Below, piece by piece: positions 10,101 to 18,525 of a stretch of 31,318 nt of DNA. The stretch lies in IMG/VR virus record IMGVR_UViG_3300033481_000119, positions 1 to 31,318 of that record. The stretch is one strand, 5' to 3'. Below the pieces are notes generated by a model. That model saw only the letters and a list, made by a program, of their open reading frames with translations, had not been told where the DNA came from and ran no database searches. The DNA is from a virus. Its lineage: Duplodnaviria > Caudoviricetes. Both the position numbers and the translations under genes were made by a program. The stretch's first letter is position 1; each line of letters opens with the position of its first letter.

Positions 10101-10259
10101 CCCTAGAATTACTGGTATTGGTGTTCCTATTTTGGTCTCAGTTACATTTAAATCACTAGGCTTTAGGCTTGAAGAATCACTCTGGGATTTTGAGCTTTTA
10201 TTTAAAAAATACAAGGCCAGCGTAGATAACCCCCAGCCTGCATATGGATTTAATGCCAT
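7128..10259 (-). CDS. Central tail tip/hub protein (Phage-tail_3, gpJ-like), 1043 aa
   Basis: GTPIPVILGT..IKSP..YYGDF, GFKYYLG, LFGGPDENGGFVG, PAYR, DVNPAEAFYE...WG, R.DWRETVSEISATYTDR, LGDIC.LNFP.YG, and VQGIIRGVYDTVP..H motifs. Confidence 0.85.
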   Translation of the reverse strand: MALNPYAGWGLSTLALYFLNKSSKSQSDSSSLKPSDLNVTETKIGTPIPVILGTSLIKSPLTIYYGDFRAEAYTETYAAHANFSAWPMVFSLIAQYIASPATTTGGGEGTAKTKDGPAPVTVKIAGKDMAVGPLINALFMWLLSWLINGRNLKTTLQKGFKYYLGYQQLICWSGENVKLKKIYMNEELIWEGSVGAKEQNGSALVIPINNDQLFGGPDENGGFVGEIHVYFGGANQMPDAWMVNQMQADSIQQELRGFTPAYRPFISVVIPTAYVGKQATVPTMWYEIENIPDHLGLGSIDEDVNPAEAFYEMHVNKNWGIAESEEILNLDALKEIGKTLQEEKIGITLLLTSKVTAGQIIDSICEHINAVKFIEPKDGKLTYRLIRNDLNQYKTDDVLPEDQQNLKEIFLLDESNISTISFSRLDWRETVSEISATYTDRSALYETGSLSDIDQANVEINNGILTTKTYSYPYFTKAENALWAAKRELMQQGYPLATASVEGNRNLYMLRLGDICCLNFPAYGVKNMLFRVTDVNLGNFTDGKIKIELMEDIFSLAKTDFNFSDSTEWKPEPLYPTGVQTFNYFELPYEIMQIKDTYVFAFAVKPDLKTQAWMIWRKRASENFETTNTMSKWTATGRLIYDYDAFSNAEDLTGIEIIDLGGIEDLRFSALSDSATDIVSARRGGKLLMMGNELMAWSNITQMPNGNWRVQGIIRGVYDTVPEKHGNGEIIYFIESGHYANVTTGGPVCHEGKTVDEFYNITTSTVNEKEAFDNAKVRRLTTVRRAERPSPPGKIRMNAHLLYEQVNTSKFAGDLSIKWFARNKQFSFGCVSQDDEKEYWSSTAFTPPAGLEYIVNVYADDKQIKEYTLPDTASIFEYSWAQRAIDGGSLAGITGETTIEIYAKLNDLLSYQAQKRTFSWIIPTMVNGVVDEQSALKCISNWGDTAEVVVPENTASDEQYIKYVNLPVILLGQKVLQAATNTVLCYDDSYIIPDGRAMLIKNNTEHDFVSLETGFVLRTKFKEPNMKAEKYLQWDGTQFIELI

Positions 10260-10269
10260 TTTCTCACTC

Positions 10270-11175
10270 CTATATCTTTATCGTTCCGACAAAGCCTTTT
10301 GAATCCCGCTCAATGACTGATGAATCTACCCAATACACCCCTTTACCAGTTGGATTTTTCTCGCTGTCAGTTGGCGGCATATAAGGACAACCAGTGAAAT
10401 TTTCTATATTTTTAAATTTTTTTGCACATACAGAAAATAAATGATCACACCCTGGCGTTACAACTACATCGTTATGCGGATCTCTTAAAAAGGGGTATCT
10501 TACCGTAACGATGCTGCCTTTGTGCGAATCAATCATCCGAATCTGATCGTCATAATATAAGCAACCTCCGGTAAAATAGCCATCTTCATAATTTGCAAAC
10601 TGCACGGAGTAAATCTTTAACTCTTCAACCTTATCAACGAAAATATTGACCTGCCAATCCGCTTTACTTAAACGGCAATTTTGATCATAAATCATATTTT
10701 TACAAAAGTATTGATACATTCCATTTGGCAATTCTTTATCAAGCCAGTTTTCAAGTTTTGCAGTTAAATTGCATTTTGATTCCTGAAAATTGGCCTGACT
10801 GATGATACCATAAAATACAACATCATATTTATCGATGTTTTCAGCATGTGCACGATAAATTCGAACCTCGACAGCTTTTTCTGGGGGAGCCCCCTGAAAA
10901 AGCTTCGCAACCGGATGATCTTTCCATACAGTAATCTGCATATCGGAGGCTGTACTGCCGCTTGTATTCGGTCGAATTTCTGCCCGTTCAATATAATCAG
11001 CAAAATATTTTTCCGTCCGTACTTGCCCTCCATCTTTAATTGTTATACTCACATCTTGGTGATTTGACGTATAGAAATAATTGATGTCTTTTTGTGTAAA
11101 TTTATAAAACTCTACCGGTTGACCACCTTCAATTAATTTTTCATAAACTGTGATATTGCTTTCTTCTTTGTCCAT
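10270..11175 (-). CDS. DUF2163 / phage BR0599 tail tip protein (gpL-like, probable Fe-S cluster)
   Basis: QPVEFYKF, C..MIYD..C, GYFTGG and the C-terminal PGCDHLFSVCAKKFKN..NFTGCPYMP signature. Confidence 0.9.
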   Translation of the reverse strand: MDKEESNITVYEKLIEGGQPVEFYKFTQKDINYFYTSNHQDVSITIKDGGQVRTEKYFADYIERAEIRPNTSGSTASDMQITVWKDHPVAKLFQGAPPEKAVEVRIYRAHAENIDKYDVVFYGIISQANFQESKCNLTAKLENWLDKELPNGMYQYFCKNMIYDQNCRLSKADWQVNIFVDKVEELKIYSVQFANYEDGYFTGGCLYYDDQIRMIDSHKGSIVTVRYPFLRDPHNDVVVTPGCDHLFSVCAKKFKNIENFTGCPYMPPTDSEKNPTGKGVYWVDSSVIERDSKGFVGTIKI

Positions 11176-12384
11176 TTATTCTGTTACCTCCGCGAATTCT
11201 AGGTTTATATTAGCAATACCAGTCGTTTCATAATCGGTTGTCAACGTATCGCTATTGAACCTGTATAAACAGAGAAACGATATCATCTTGATTTCGCTTT
11301 TATGAAGCGCCTTTTTAATTGGCATATCTAGAAATATCTTTCCATATTTCTGACTGTCATCAAGGCTGAAGCCTGCGATTTTTAAAATCTCAATGGTACC
11401 GTCTTGAAAGAAAACGATAAGAGTTTTCCTCCTTTTGCTTGACATGTAATATTTCCAATACAAATTAAATTTTGCAATTAATACGTTACCAGATGTTACA
11501 CTCTCTACGAGCTCCACATCAATAACCCAAGTAGGCGCATAAAATGATTTCAATCGACCTTTACAACGGCAAAAAAAACGCTGGATAAACTGAAGTTCTT
11601 CATAGCTAATTGCACTATACTCCATGCTGCGTACTTCTGTTGTTTCATTTGATTTTAGATCATACCGTATAACGCCGGATTGATTATCCAATCGGTTTGC
11701 ATTGCGACTGTAGCTGCTGCCAATGTCTTCGTTCCAGGTAGGCGGCATCATAAATAATTCCCTGCCTAGATACTCATCCAGCGCATTTTTACTTTCTGCA
11801 AAGGATAAGCGCGGATAGTTGTATTCATTGACCCCATCCGGCAAGTCTATACTTAAGCCACGATTGATAAACTCTACATTAATTGTCATATTCGTCAACT
11901 CAGCAGTAAGATTTGTATATTTATCTTCCTGCTGTAATATCCCCCAAAACACAGGCACGACAAATGTACTAAAGGCTTTCCAATTATGTGTTACTTGTTT
12001 GCCTAAATGTAAAATTCCATCTGCGCTTACATTTTTCAATGTAAAATATTCGCCACCCTCTTCATCATTGGTCCAGAGCATCGTTCCTGCGCAATCGCGG
12101 TAATTCCACATATCTTGTTTTTTAAGTGCGACAATGCTTTGCCTATCGTAAATCATATTTTCCAAGATTGTATTTGCATGCCAAAGCGGGAATTGTAAGA
12201 CTTGTGTCTGTGTACTACAGGTTAACGCCCGCAAATACTGGCTCTGTTTGGTATTTACACCTACATATTCATACTTTACATACCGACGCGGCTTTCCTCT
12301 GAGAACTACTCTTTGCTCCGTGCCATCCCATGCCGTATGAATCTGTGTTAAATATTCAATTTGTTCTGTAATTTTTTCACTCAA
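11176..12384 (-). CDS. Distal tail (Dit-like) structural protein, ~402 aa
   Basis: ITEQIEYLT.IHTAWDGTEQR..LR.KPRR, second lobe PPTW...FF.R.KGRLKSFYAPTW and ISFL.L.RFNSD. AGGTGG SD favours TTG at 12384 (ORF track start 12396). Confidence 0.7.
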   Translation of the reverse strand: MSEKITEQIEYLTQIHTAWDGTEQRVVLRGKPRRYVKYEYVGVNTKQSQYLRALTCSTQTQVLQFPLWHANTILENMIYDRQSIVALKKQDMWNYRDCAGTMLWTNDEEGGEYFTLKNVSADGILHLGKQVTHNWKAFSTFVVPVFWGILQQEDKYTNLTAELTNMTINVEFINRGLSIDLPDGVNEYNYPRLSFAESKNALDEYLGRELFMMPPTWNEDIGSSYSRNANRLDNQSGVIRYDLKSNETTEVRSMEYSAISYEELQFIQRFFCRCKGRLKSFYAPTWVIDVELVESVTSGNVLIAKFNLYWKYYMSSKRRKTLIVFFQDGTIEILKIAGFSLDDSQKYGKIFLDMPIKKALHKSEIKMISFLCLYRFNSDTLTTDYETTGIANINLEFAEVTE

Positions 12385-12389
12385 AATTT

Positions 12390-13331
12390 TCACCACCTTG
12401 GCGATAAATCAAAGATTTTTTCAATTGATTCAATCGATTTTCCACTACCAAGCCACTTCCAAAGTCCCCATAACATCCAAGGCTCGTAAACGGGTTTACT
12501 CATATTCATAATGGACGCAAAAAATGCAACCATCAAAAATTCTCCTAAAATCATATCGATGATTGCATTTCGCTTTTTATTTGCCATGACAAACTTTACA
12601 TCAGGACCTTTAATCGCCATATCCGAATAATCGCCTGTCGCACTTCTTACCGGTACGCTCGTTCTTAAAATTTCAGCTTTTTCCGGCTCGGATAATACTT
12701 GCATAATCTTATTTTCTGGCTCTGGCTGTCTAAATTCCTTTTTCATCATCCTACCACATCGGTGATGCAGTGTTTCATTAAAGAATTGATCAACATAGGC
12801 TAACAAATAGCCTAAATTTATATTTGCATCATCCTTGTGTATGGTATCATCAGAATTAATTATTTTTCCATCATCATCGTAAACATAACCACGCTTTTTT
12901 ACCCATGCAATAAGAAAAATATCATTCATAAATTTGGCAGAAAAATAGATTTTGAATTGATGTGAACTTAAAATATCCCAAACAATTCCCATATCCGATA
13001 ATGTATTTATTTTTTCTGACGTTTGTACGCCCTTATCATCAGTAACCGTAAAAACTTTCCCGATTGCATCATAGTAGTAAGTCCAGCCGGTCTGTAGCTG
13101 CGGATATTTTACAGTTGAACTATTGCCATGTTTTAACCTTATAGATTCCAATTCAAACCAAGCCATCGTATCGCCATAATATTCTTTATGAAAATTTACA
13201 CCTAAATGTCCCAATGCTTTCATGCGGACAAGATCAATTCCCCGCGGACAGCGTCTTATGCTTTTCGAGGATTTATCTAAATATTCACCCGAAAGCATAT
13301 TCGCCATGAAGCCGCCTCTTTCGTTTGACAT
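12390..13331 (-). CDS. Hypothetical tail-module protein, 313 aa
   Basis: Tightly packed in the operon with SD GGAG. Hydrophobic C-terminal helices; ends IFDLSPRW* just before the next start. Confidence 0.65.
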   Translation of the reverse strand: MSNERGGFMANMLSGEYLDKSSKSIRRCPRGIDLVRMKALGHLGVNFHKEYYGDTMAWFELESIRLKHGNSSTVKYPQLQTGWTYYYDAIGKVFTVTDDKGVQTSEKINTLSDMGIVWDILSSHQFKIYFSAKFMNDIFLIAWVKKRGYVYDDDGKIINSDDTIHKDDANINLGYLLAYVDQFFNETLHHRCGRMMKKEFRQPEPENKIMQVLSEPEKAEILRTSVPVRSATGDYSDMAIKGPDVKFVMANKKRNAIIDMILGEFLMVAFFASIMNMSKPVYEPWMLWGLWKWLGSGKSIESIEKIFDLSPRW

Positions 13332-13343
13332 AACGCATCACTC

Positions 13344-14420
13344 CTACTGCATAATAGAAATTCCGTCGTAACCAAACATACCAGCTCTCTTTACATGCGG
13401 GAATACCTGGTGCAGATTTCCTGACTTTGGATAGCTGATTTCGTAGCAGCTTGCAGGTGCTATATTTCTCATTGAAATCGCATAAACCGCCGGTACATAA
13501 CCTACCTGAGAAAAATTCATTAAAGAATCTGGATCTCTTTGAATATATAACGCAATCGGTAAATTAACGCTGATGCAGTTTAACGTATTGACGTTTCTGC
13601 CATAATCAGATACAGTTTGCGATTGCAGATAAGCATAGTGCGGTACCTTCGGAAACCAGCTAGCCCCCAATGAATCTAGATTTGTCAGCGGACTACCTAA
13701 AATTTTCCCCGTACTACAAGCACCAGTTGCAGGTCCTGTTGTAGCCCAAAGCACTGGATTTTGCCGAAGTGGTGCTGCATCCACGTCAATACGTAAAAAC
13801 GTACTAGGATTCGAAGACATACCAAATAAATGATTCGAACCAACAGCAATCTGCTCTACGTCCCACGAGGTTGGAAACATATTGTACGAGTTTTTACTAC
13901 CGCTAAAAATTGTTCCGCCGTTCCATGTACCAACTTTCTGTGTTTCCCCAAATGCCAAATGCTGAAATATCCCTTTTTCAAGCTCCAAAGATAATACCAC
14001 CATAATTGCAGGATCATCCACATAGTTACAATACAGACGATAGTTCTCACTCTGTTTTACTGGGATACCTACACCAATTGGGCTCTGCGCTGTATTAACA
14101 ACAACATTCGGCTGATCAAACCATTGGCCGCTCGGTGGATTTACTGTATAGTTCGTTGCACATGTCAAACCAATTCCATAGGCTTGATTGGAATTTTGCT
14201 GATTAGAAAAAATTACTTTCCCATTTGCTGAGCGAAAAACAGCGTAAATATCCTTCTTTTTTACCGCTAAAACATTACCATCGTTTACCCCACTGCCGTT
14301 TATATCCAAATCGCTCGTACAATTATTGAGAACAGTAAACCCTTTATCGACAAGAAAATCTCTGATTTTTTCTAAGACGTCATTTGGGCCGCCTAATTTT
14401 TCATATACTGTATATGCCAT
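13344..14420 (-). CDS. Virion structural (tail tip) protein, 358 aa
   Basis: MAY....G..ND.LEKIRDFL...GFTV, LELEKGIFQHLAFG...K.G.W.GG and HQVFP...YDGI motifs recall D3112/B3-type post-TMP proteins. Confidence 0.7.
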   Translation of the reverse strand: MAYTVYEKLGGPNDVLEKIRDFLVDKGFTVLNNCTSDLDINGSGVNDGNVLAVKKKDIYAVFRSANGKVIFSNQQNSNQAYGIGLTCATNYTVNPPSGQWFDQPNVVVNTAQSPIGVGIPVKQSENYRLYCNYVDDPAIMVVLSLELEKGIFQHLAFGETQKVGTWNGGTIFSGSKNSYNMFPTSWDVEQIAVGSNHLFGMSSNPSTFLRIDVDAAPLRQNPVLWATTGPATGACSTGKILGSPLTNLDSLGASWFPKVPHYAYLQSQTVSDYGRNVNTLNCISVNLPIALYIQRDPDSLMNFSQVGYVPAVYAISMRNIAPASCYEISYPKSGNLHQVFPHVKRAGMFGYDGISIMQ

Positions 14421-14432
14421 TTTCCCACTTCC

Positions 14433-16055
14433 TTATTCGCTTAATTTAATCACGCAATTCATACAACGCGATAGTTTATCTAATCGCTCAATTTCAGCAA
14501 TCTGCCTCTCGTTTGATTGCGATTCCCCCTGCAGTACCGAAAAAAAGTTTTTTATATGAAATTTTCGATTTACCCATCCATTCGGCAATACCAGATAAGT
14601 CGCACCATCCTTTTCATGGATACCATATCTAGTCACTTGCTGCGAAGACCAATAGATATTTTTAATTTTCCCGAGAAGGTTCTGATTGGTATTCTCAGCC
14701 GTATTAGCAACGAAATACAATGGTTCTAACTGGTACGTACTGCAATTTTCCGTAGCTACATCATTTAAATAAGCAATATTTGCCACACCAGAAGGATAGA
14801 TATTTTTCACCGTGCTCAAATCAGTAAAATTCGGTGTCAGATAGTACCTTGCACCAGATATTCGCTCTGGCTCTTTATGCGCAGAATAATATTGCCCGCG
14901 ATCATGGTAGTAGTACGCATCTTGTTGCAAACCAAAATTAGCAAAGGATTGCCAGTTACCATTAGGCAGCATTGCCTGCACCTGAGAATACATATAGCTA
15001 TCTAGAAAAGTATTTGAACCATTCCACCAAGTCGATGCAAAAGTTGGGATTCCATGTGAAAGAGACCAGTTTTTTTCTGTGTAATCCAAACGGAAGCCAT
15101 GCTCCACCTGCGGTGTACCGTTATAACTACAAAGTTCCGTTATTGGTAGGGCACCACTTGTCCCACCTAAAGCCATTGCAGGAAAAGGATATTCACTTTG
15201 CGTATCAAAGGCTTCAAAAAATCCTACAGAGGCTACATCCCAATGCTCCTGCCAGTTGATAACGATAATTAAACGATGTCTATCTTTATACAAGTATACA
15301 GTTATCGCTTTCTCTTTATCATCTTGGCTACACTCATTCTTCGAAAAATCAAAATAATCTGGACTATAACCAATAGCAGGACAGCCTACTCCTGGATACA
15401 GTGGTGGATCAAGAAAGGATGGATAGGTTTGGCCTCTATAAGTATTGTAATATTTCAATGCTTTTGCCTGAATGCTTGCTCTTTCATTGCCCATAAGCTC
15501 TGACCAGTCAAACTCAGGTTGATACTGTTTAAACATTGTAAAGAATAAAACATTTGCATCTTTAGCAAAAATATCTGGAGTCGGAGAAAATGTATAGGAA
15601 TCTCTTGCTGTAAAACTATAATTTTTACTGTATATTTCTTCCTCCTTGCCATTTGGCAATTTTTTTATTCCTACTTTTACATCATAAGGATTTTTTGAAT
15701 ACAGAGTAACTACACCATTATTTATTGTAAAATCCGTATTATCCGCTAGCCCTAGCCCTTTTTTACTTAAAGCAAATTCTTTTCTTAAAACATCGTCTTG
15801 TTTTAACCAATTCCAATAAGAGCTACCAACACGGATTTTATCTGCCATAAGCCCAATATATCCATATTCATTTTCTTGGTAATTTGGCACTTTTAAAACC
15901 GTCCCATATGGCCAGCTTTCATTTCTCATCAATTGCCAGGCATCATCCCCATGAATACTTTGATCGGTTACATAGGTAGTAACATCTGCAAGTACATCAT
16001 CTAAAAATGAAGCGGATGATCCCTTATAATTATAAATAATTTTTTTCCAAGGCAT
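14433..16055 (-). CDS. Virion structural (tail tip) protein, 540 aa, paralogue with insertions
   Basis: HRLIIVI..VASVGF...EYPFPAM.GG, MLPNGNW and LLGKIKNIYW...DGATYLVLP parallel motifs in 16068-17009. Confidence 0.65.
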   Translation of the reverse strand: MPWKKIIYNYKGSSASFLDDVLADVTTYVTDQSIHGDDAWQLMRNESWPYGTVLKVPNYQENEYGYIGLMADKIRVGSSYWNWLKQDDVLRKEFALSKKGLGLADNTDFTINNGVVTLYSKNPYDVKVGIKKLPNGKEEEIYSKNYSFTARDSYTFSPTPDIFAKDANVLFFTMFKQYQPEFDWSELMGNERASIQAKALKYYNTYRGQTYPSFLDPPLYPGVGCPAIGYSPDYFDFSKNECSQDDKEKAITVYLYKDRHRLIIVINWQEHWDVASVGFFEAFDTQSEYPFPAMALGGTSGALPITELCSYNGTPQVEHGFRLDYTEKNWSLSHGIPTFASTWWNGSNTFLDSYMYSQVQAMLPNGNWQSFANFGLQQDAYYYHDRGQYYSAHKEPERISGARYYLTPNFTDLSTVKNIYPSGVANIAYLNDVATENCSTYQLEPLYFVANTAENTNQNLLGKIKNIYWSSQQVTRYGIHEKDGATYLVLPNGWVNRKFHIKNFFSVLQGESQSNERQIAEIERLDKLSRCMNCVIKLSE

Positions 16056-16067
16056 TATTTAATCACC

Positions 16068-17009
16068 TCAAAACCATTCAAATGCAAAATACTCGTCATT
16101 GTCACGTCGATGAACATTATTGAAAACTTTATATGGTTTACCTTCATGTATCAGCGTATCCTTTGATGATAAGTCTTCGCGATTTCCAATAAAATACATC
16201 CCATCAAATTCTCCAACAATTCCTGGCTGATCACATTCATATAAAAGCACTGGAAACATGATGACATTTTCTATCGTAAGATTATTATCTAGCACCGTAA
16301 GCACATTCGTCGGTTTGGTATTTTGCGGCCATACACAAAGCTTTCCAGCTATAGGACTTCCGCCTTTATTTTGTCCCGCCCGCCAAGTACCATCAGGACG
16401 CCTGATTCTAAGTGTTGTATCATCACCGGAGCCTCCCGGATTAATAAAGGTGCTATGCACATCTGACGTAGAACTCCAACCAACGCCATCGTATCCACTG
16501 CCTCCAATAACAAGCGGATAAGGATACTGTCTTTCTACCGAAACAGTTTTTACAAAACCAATATAGGCACATTCATACTGTGTTGACATTTGAACAGTTA
16601 AAATAAACCTTGATGAATTCGCACTGAGCCAACACGTCATCCTCGTATTATCGGCAAGAGGAATAATAGGAAGGGTATTATGATAAATGCAACCGGGCTG
16701 CTCAACCCATTCAAGCCCTGCATCATACCCAGCGTATCCGTTAAACCGTATGTCGGTTTGTTCTCCTTTATTTTTCGTTTGTATGCCAATGTAAATCTCA
16801 TCCTCGCCATCACCTACACCTTTTAAAATAATTTCTCCTCCGATTCCACTTTGCAAATCGTAAGATTCACTTGCAAACACTTGTACAGTTGCCGGATATA
16901 TCAACTGCCAAGCCATCCCCGGAGCGAAATTATTTGGATCAATAAGAAATTCTACAGATTGCTTTACTAAATCTTTGACATTGTTTGCAACAAATTCTAG
17001 ACATGCCAT
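16068..17009 (-). CDS. Virion structural (tail tip) protein, 313 aa
   Basis: EIILKG.G.G.DEIYIGI, GYD....W.EQPG, RFILTV...YECAYIG, QYPYPLVIGGS, PDGTW and GEFDG.YF motifs typical of the first post-TMP gene in D3112/Nazgul-like tails. Confidence 0.75.
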   Translation of the reverse strand: MACLEFVANNVKDLVKQSVEFLIDPNNFAPGMAWQLIYPATVQVFASESYDLQSGIGGEIILKGVGDGEDEIYIGIQTKNKGEQTDIRFNGYAGYDAGLEWVEQPGCIYHNTLPIIPLADNTRMTCWLSANSSRFILTVQMSTQYECAYIGFVKTVSVERQYPYPLVIGGSGYDGVGWSSTSDVHSTFINPGGSGDDTTLRIRRPDGTWRAGQNKGGSPIAGKLCVWPQNTKPTNVLTVLDNNLTIENVIMFPVLLYECDQPGIVGEFDGMYFIGNREDLSSKDTLIHEGKPYKVFNNVHRRDNDEYFAFEWF

Positions 17010-17039
17010 TTGATCACTCTCCTTTCATTTTGGGGGCAT

Positions 17040-17071
17040 AAGAAAAGACAGCTGAAAAAATCAAGCTGTCT
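17040..17071 (-). terminator. Intrinsic terminator at the distal edge of the moron block
   Basis: AGACAGCT...AGCTGTCT stem followed by TTTTCTT on the minus strand. Confidence 0.65.
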
Positions 17072-17095
17072 AAATTCTAAATATTAAACTGCAAA

Positions 17096-17124
17096 TAATA
17101 AAGGACGCCATCAAACACGTCCCT
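17096..17124 (-). terminator. Probable terminator of the 72-aa gene
   Basis: GGACG...CGTCC stem followed by TTTATTATTT on the minus strand. Confidence 0.45.
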
Positions 17125-17147
17125 AAAACTGAATATGCAGATTTGCC

Positions 17148-17366
17148 TTATCCTTGATAAGCAACTAAAACAGTGTTATCAATGCTGCCAAATAAATTTT
17201 TCATTTGAGTAACTACCTGATCTTTATCTTGGTCTACCTCAGCTATCTCGGATAGAAGCTTCGACTGATCTCCAAATTCTCTAAGTTCTGCAACTAATTT
17301 ATTTTTCTGTTCTATGATTAGATTCCATAACTCTAATAACGCTTGCGCAATTTGCTGCATCATCAT
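17148..17366 (-). CDS. Small helical hypothetical protein (moron), ~72 aa
   Basis: SD-like GAAGGGG upstream, two amphipathic helices, own downstream hairpin. Confidence 0.55.
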   Translation of the reverse strand: MMMQQIAQALLELWNLIIEQKNKLVAELREFGDQSKLLSEIAEVDQDKDQVVTQMKNLFGSIDNTVLVAYQG

Positions 17367-17501
17367 ACAACCCCTTCTTTACACCATCAATTAGGATATA
17401 GCATCACACTCATTCATTTATTAACTGCTGTACAATCCCTTATTTAATAGCTTTGAAATTAAAATAAAACTGACTCAATTACAAATAATATTCCCACTGA
17501 T

Positions 17502-17651
17502 CTAAATTATTTTCATACTAAAGTTTCCCTTAGAATGCGAACCAACTATTGTTCGACTAACAAAATCATCTTTGCTGCTAGCTGTCCCAACGTTACATAT
17601 ACTGATATCCAGCACCATATAATACAATAATAAAATCAAAATCCATTTCAT
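17502..17651 (-). pseudogene. Truncated exported-protein moron, 49 codons
   Basis: GGAGG then ATG: MKWILILLLYYMVLDISICNVGTASSKDDFVSRTIVGSHSKGNFSMKII*. Signal-peptide-like start and the same promoter layout as the 163-aa genes. Confidence 0.45.
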
Positions 17652-17685
17652 AAATTAATCCTCCAATGATATATTTTACAAATAA

Positions 17686-17714
17686 ACTATAACATTGGAT
17701 ATTTTTTCCGTCAA
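17686..17714 (-). promoter_or_regulatory. Sigma-A-type promoter, cassette 3
   Basis: TTGACG-N17-TATAGT with extended -10 TG. Confidence 0.65.
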
Positions 17715-17722
17715 CGTTACAG

Positions 17723-17755
17723 CAAAAAAGCCCCCGATTATATTCGAAGGCTTCC
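17723..17755 (-). terminator. Terminator after the 17762-18253 gene
   Basis: Minus strand AAGCCTTCGA..TCGGGGGCTTTTTT (G:U stem plus U run). Confidence 0.6.
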
Positions 17756-17761
17756 ATTATT

Positions 17762-18253
17762 TTATTTTTCCATATTGATAACTTGCTTCCATTCAGCTAG
17801 GACGTTATCAGATAAATTTATTGTATTCGCCATACCGTTTTCTTTATAAAATCTCATGCTTATTTTATTAGCATCTTTTATTTTTTCAACTAATGCGGGT
17901 GTTAGTTCTACTTCAGAAGAAATGAGATCAGCAGAATATGTAAACCGTTTAATCTTCGTATTTATAACTTTTGCTTCTGATATTTCAGCATCCGTTTTGA
18001 TTTCTGCATCTTTTTTAGAATACATATCATATTTATCACTAGCATCAGAACTTAATAAGATATTATATTTAATCTCACCTTCTTTAAAACATCTTTTCGA
18101 AAATGTTATACCGGTAGAAATATTGGGCTGATTAAACGACATTAATAAAACACTTTCATCAAACGAATCTACATTTCTTTTAATATAAGCATAAGAAACA
18201 GAATTAGTCCCTACAAAACATAATACAATAAAACAAAGCAATAATTTTTTCAT
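17762..18253 (-). CDS. Exported (Sec signal) hypothetical protein, paralogue 2; candidate exclusion/immunity moron
   Basis: MKKLLLCFIVLCFVG..SYA signal peptide; about 70% identical (hand count) to 18526-19017. Confidence 0.75.
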   Translation of the reverse strand: MKKLLLCFIVLCFVGTNSVSYAYIKRNVDSFDESVLLMSFNQPNISTGITFSKRCFKEGEIKYNILLSSDASDKYDMYSKKDAEIKTDAEISEAKVINTKIKRFTYSADLISSEVELTPALVEKIKDANKISMRFYKENGMANTINLSDNVLAEWKQVINMEK

Positions 18254-18281
18254 ATCAAATTCTCCAATACAATTTTGTTTA

Positions 18282-18310
18282 ATTATACCATTAGAGAATT
18301 TTGCCGTAAA
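18282..18310 (-). promoter_or_regulatory. Sigma-A-type promoter, cassette 2
   Basis: TTTACG-N17-TATAAT with extended -10 TG. Confidence 0.75.
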
Positions 18311-18313
18311 CCT

Positions 18314-18463
18314 TTACCGTGTTTTTTTCATTAGCATGCTTTGTACCTTCGCATTCTCAACCATGTTCCTTTTATAGCCAACATCCACCTGACTCTTTAC
18401 CCAAGGTTCCAGCGATTTAATAAATCCATCACCGATAAAGCGATTGGTAAGCACAATTTTAGG
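18314..18463 (-). pseudogene. Orphan copy of the last 50 codons of the tape measure gene
   Basis: PKIVLTNRFIGDGFIKSLEPWVKSQVDVGYKRNMVENAKVQSMLMKKTR* versus the TMP end PKIDVTNRFVGDGFIKSIEPW...MKKTW*. No ATG/GTG/TTG before an upstream in-frame TAG. Confidence 0.9.
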
Positions 18464-18525
18464 ATTAGAGATTCTTTCCTCAATACTACATGAATGAATC
18501 CTCTAACTATATTAGAAGGCTTCCT

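Noticed and set aside
17538-17555. CGAAC...GTTCG as a Firmicute SOS (Cheo) box
   Set aside because: The spacer is 8 bp rather than 4, and it lies inside a degenerate ORF.
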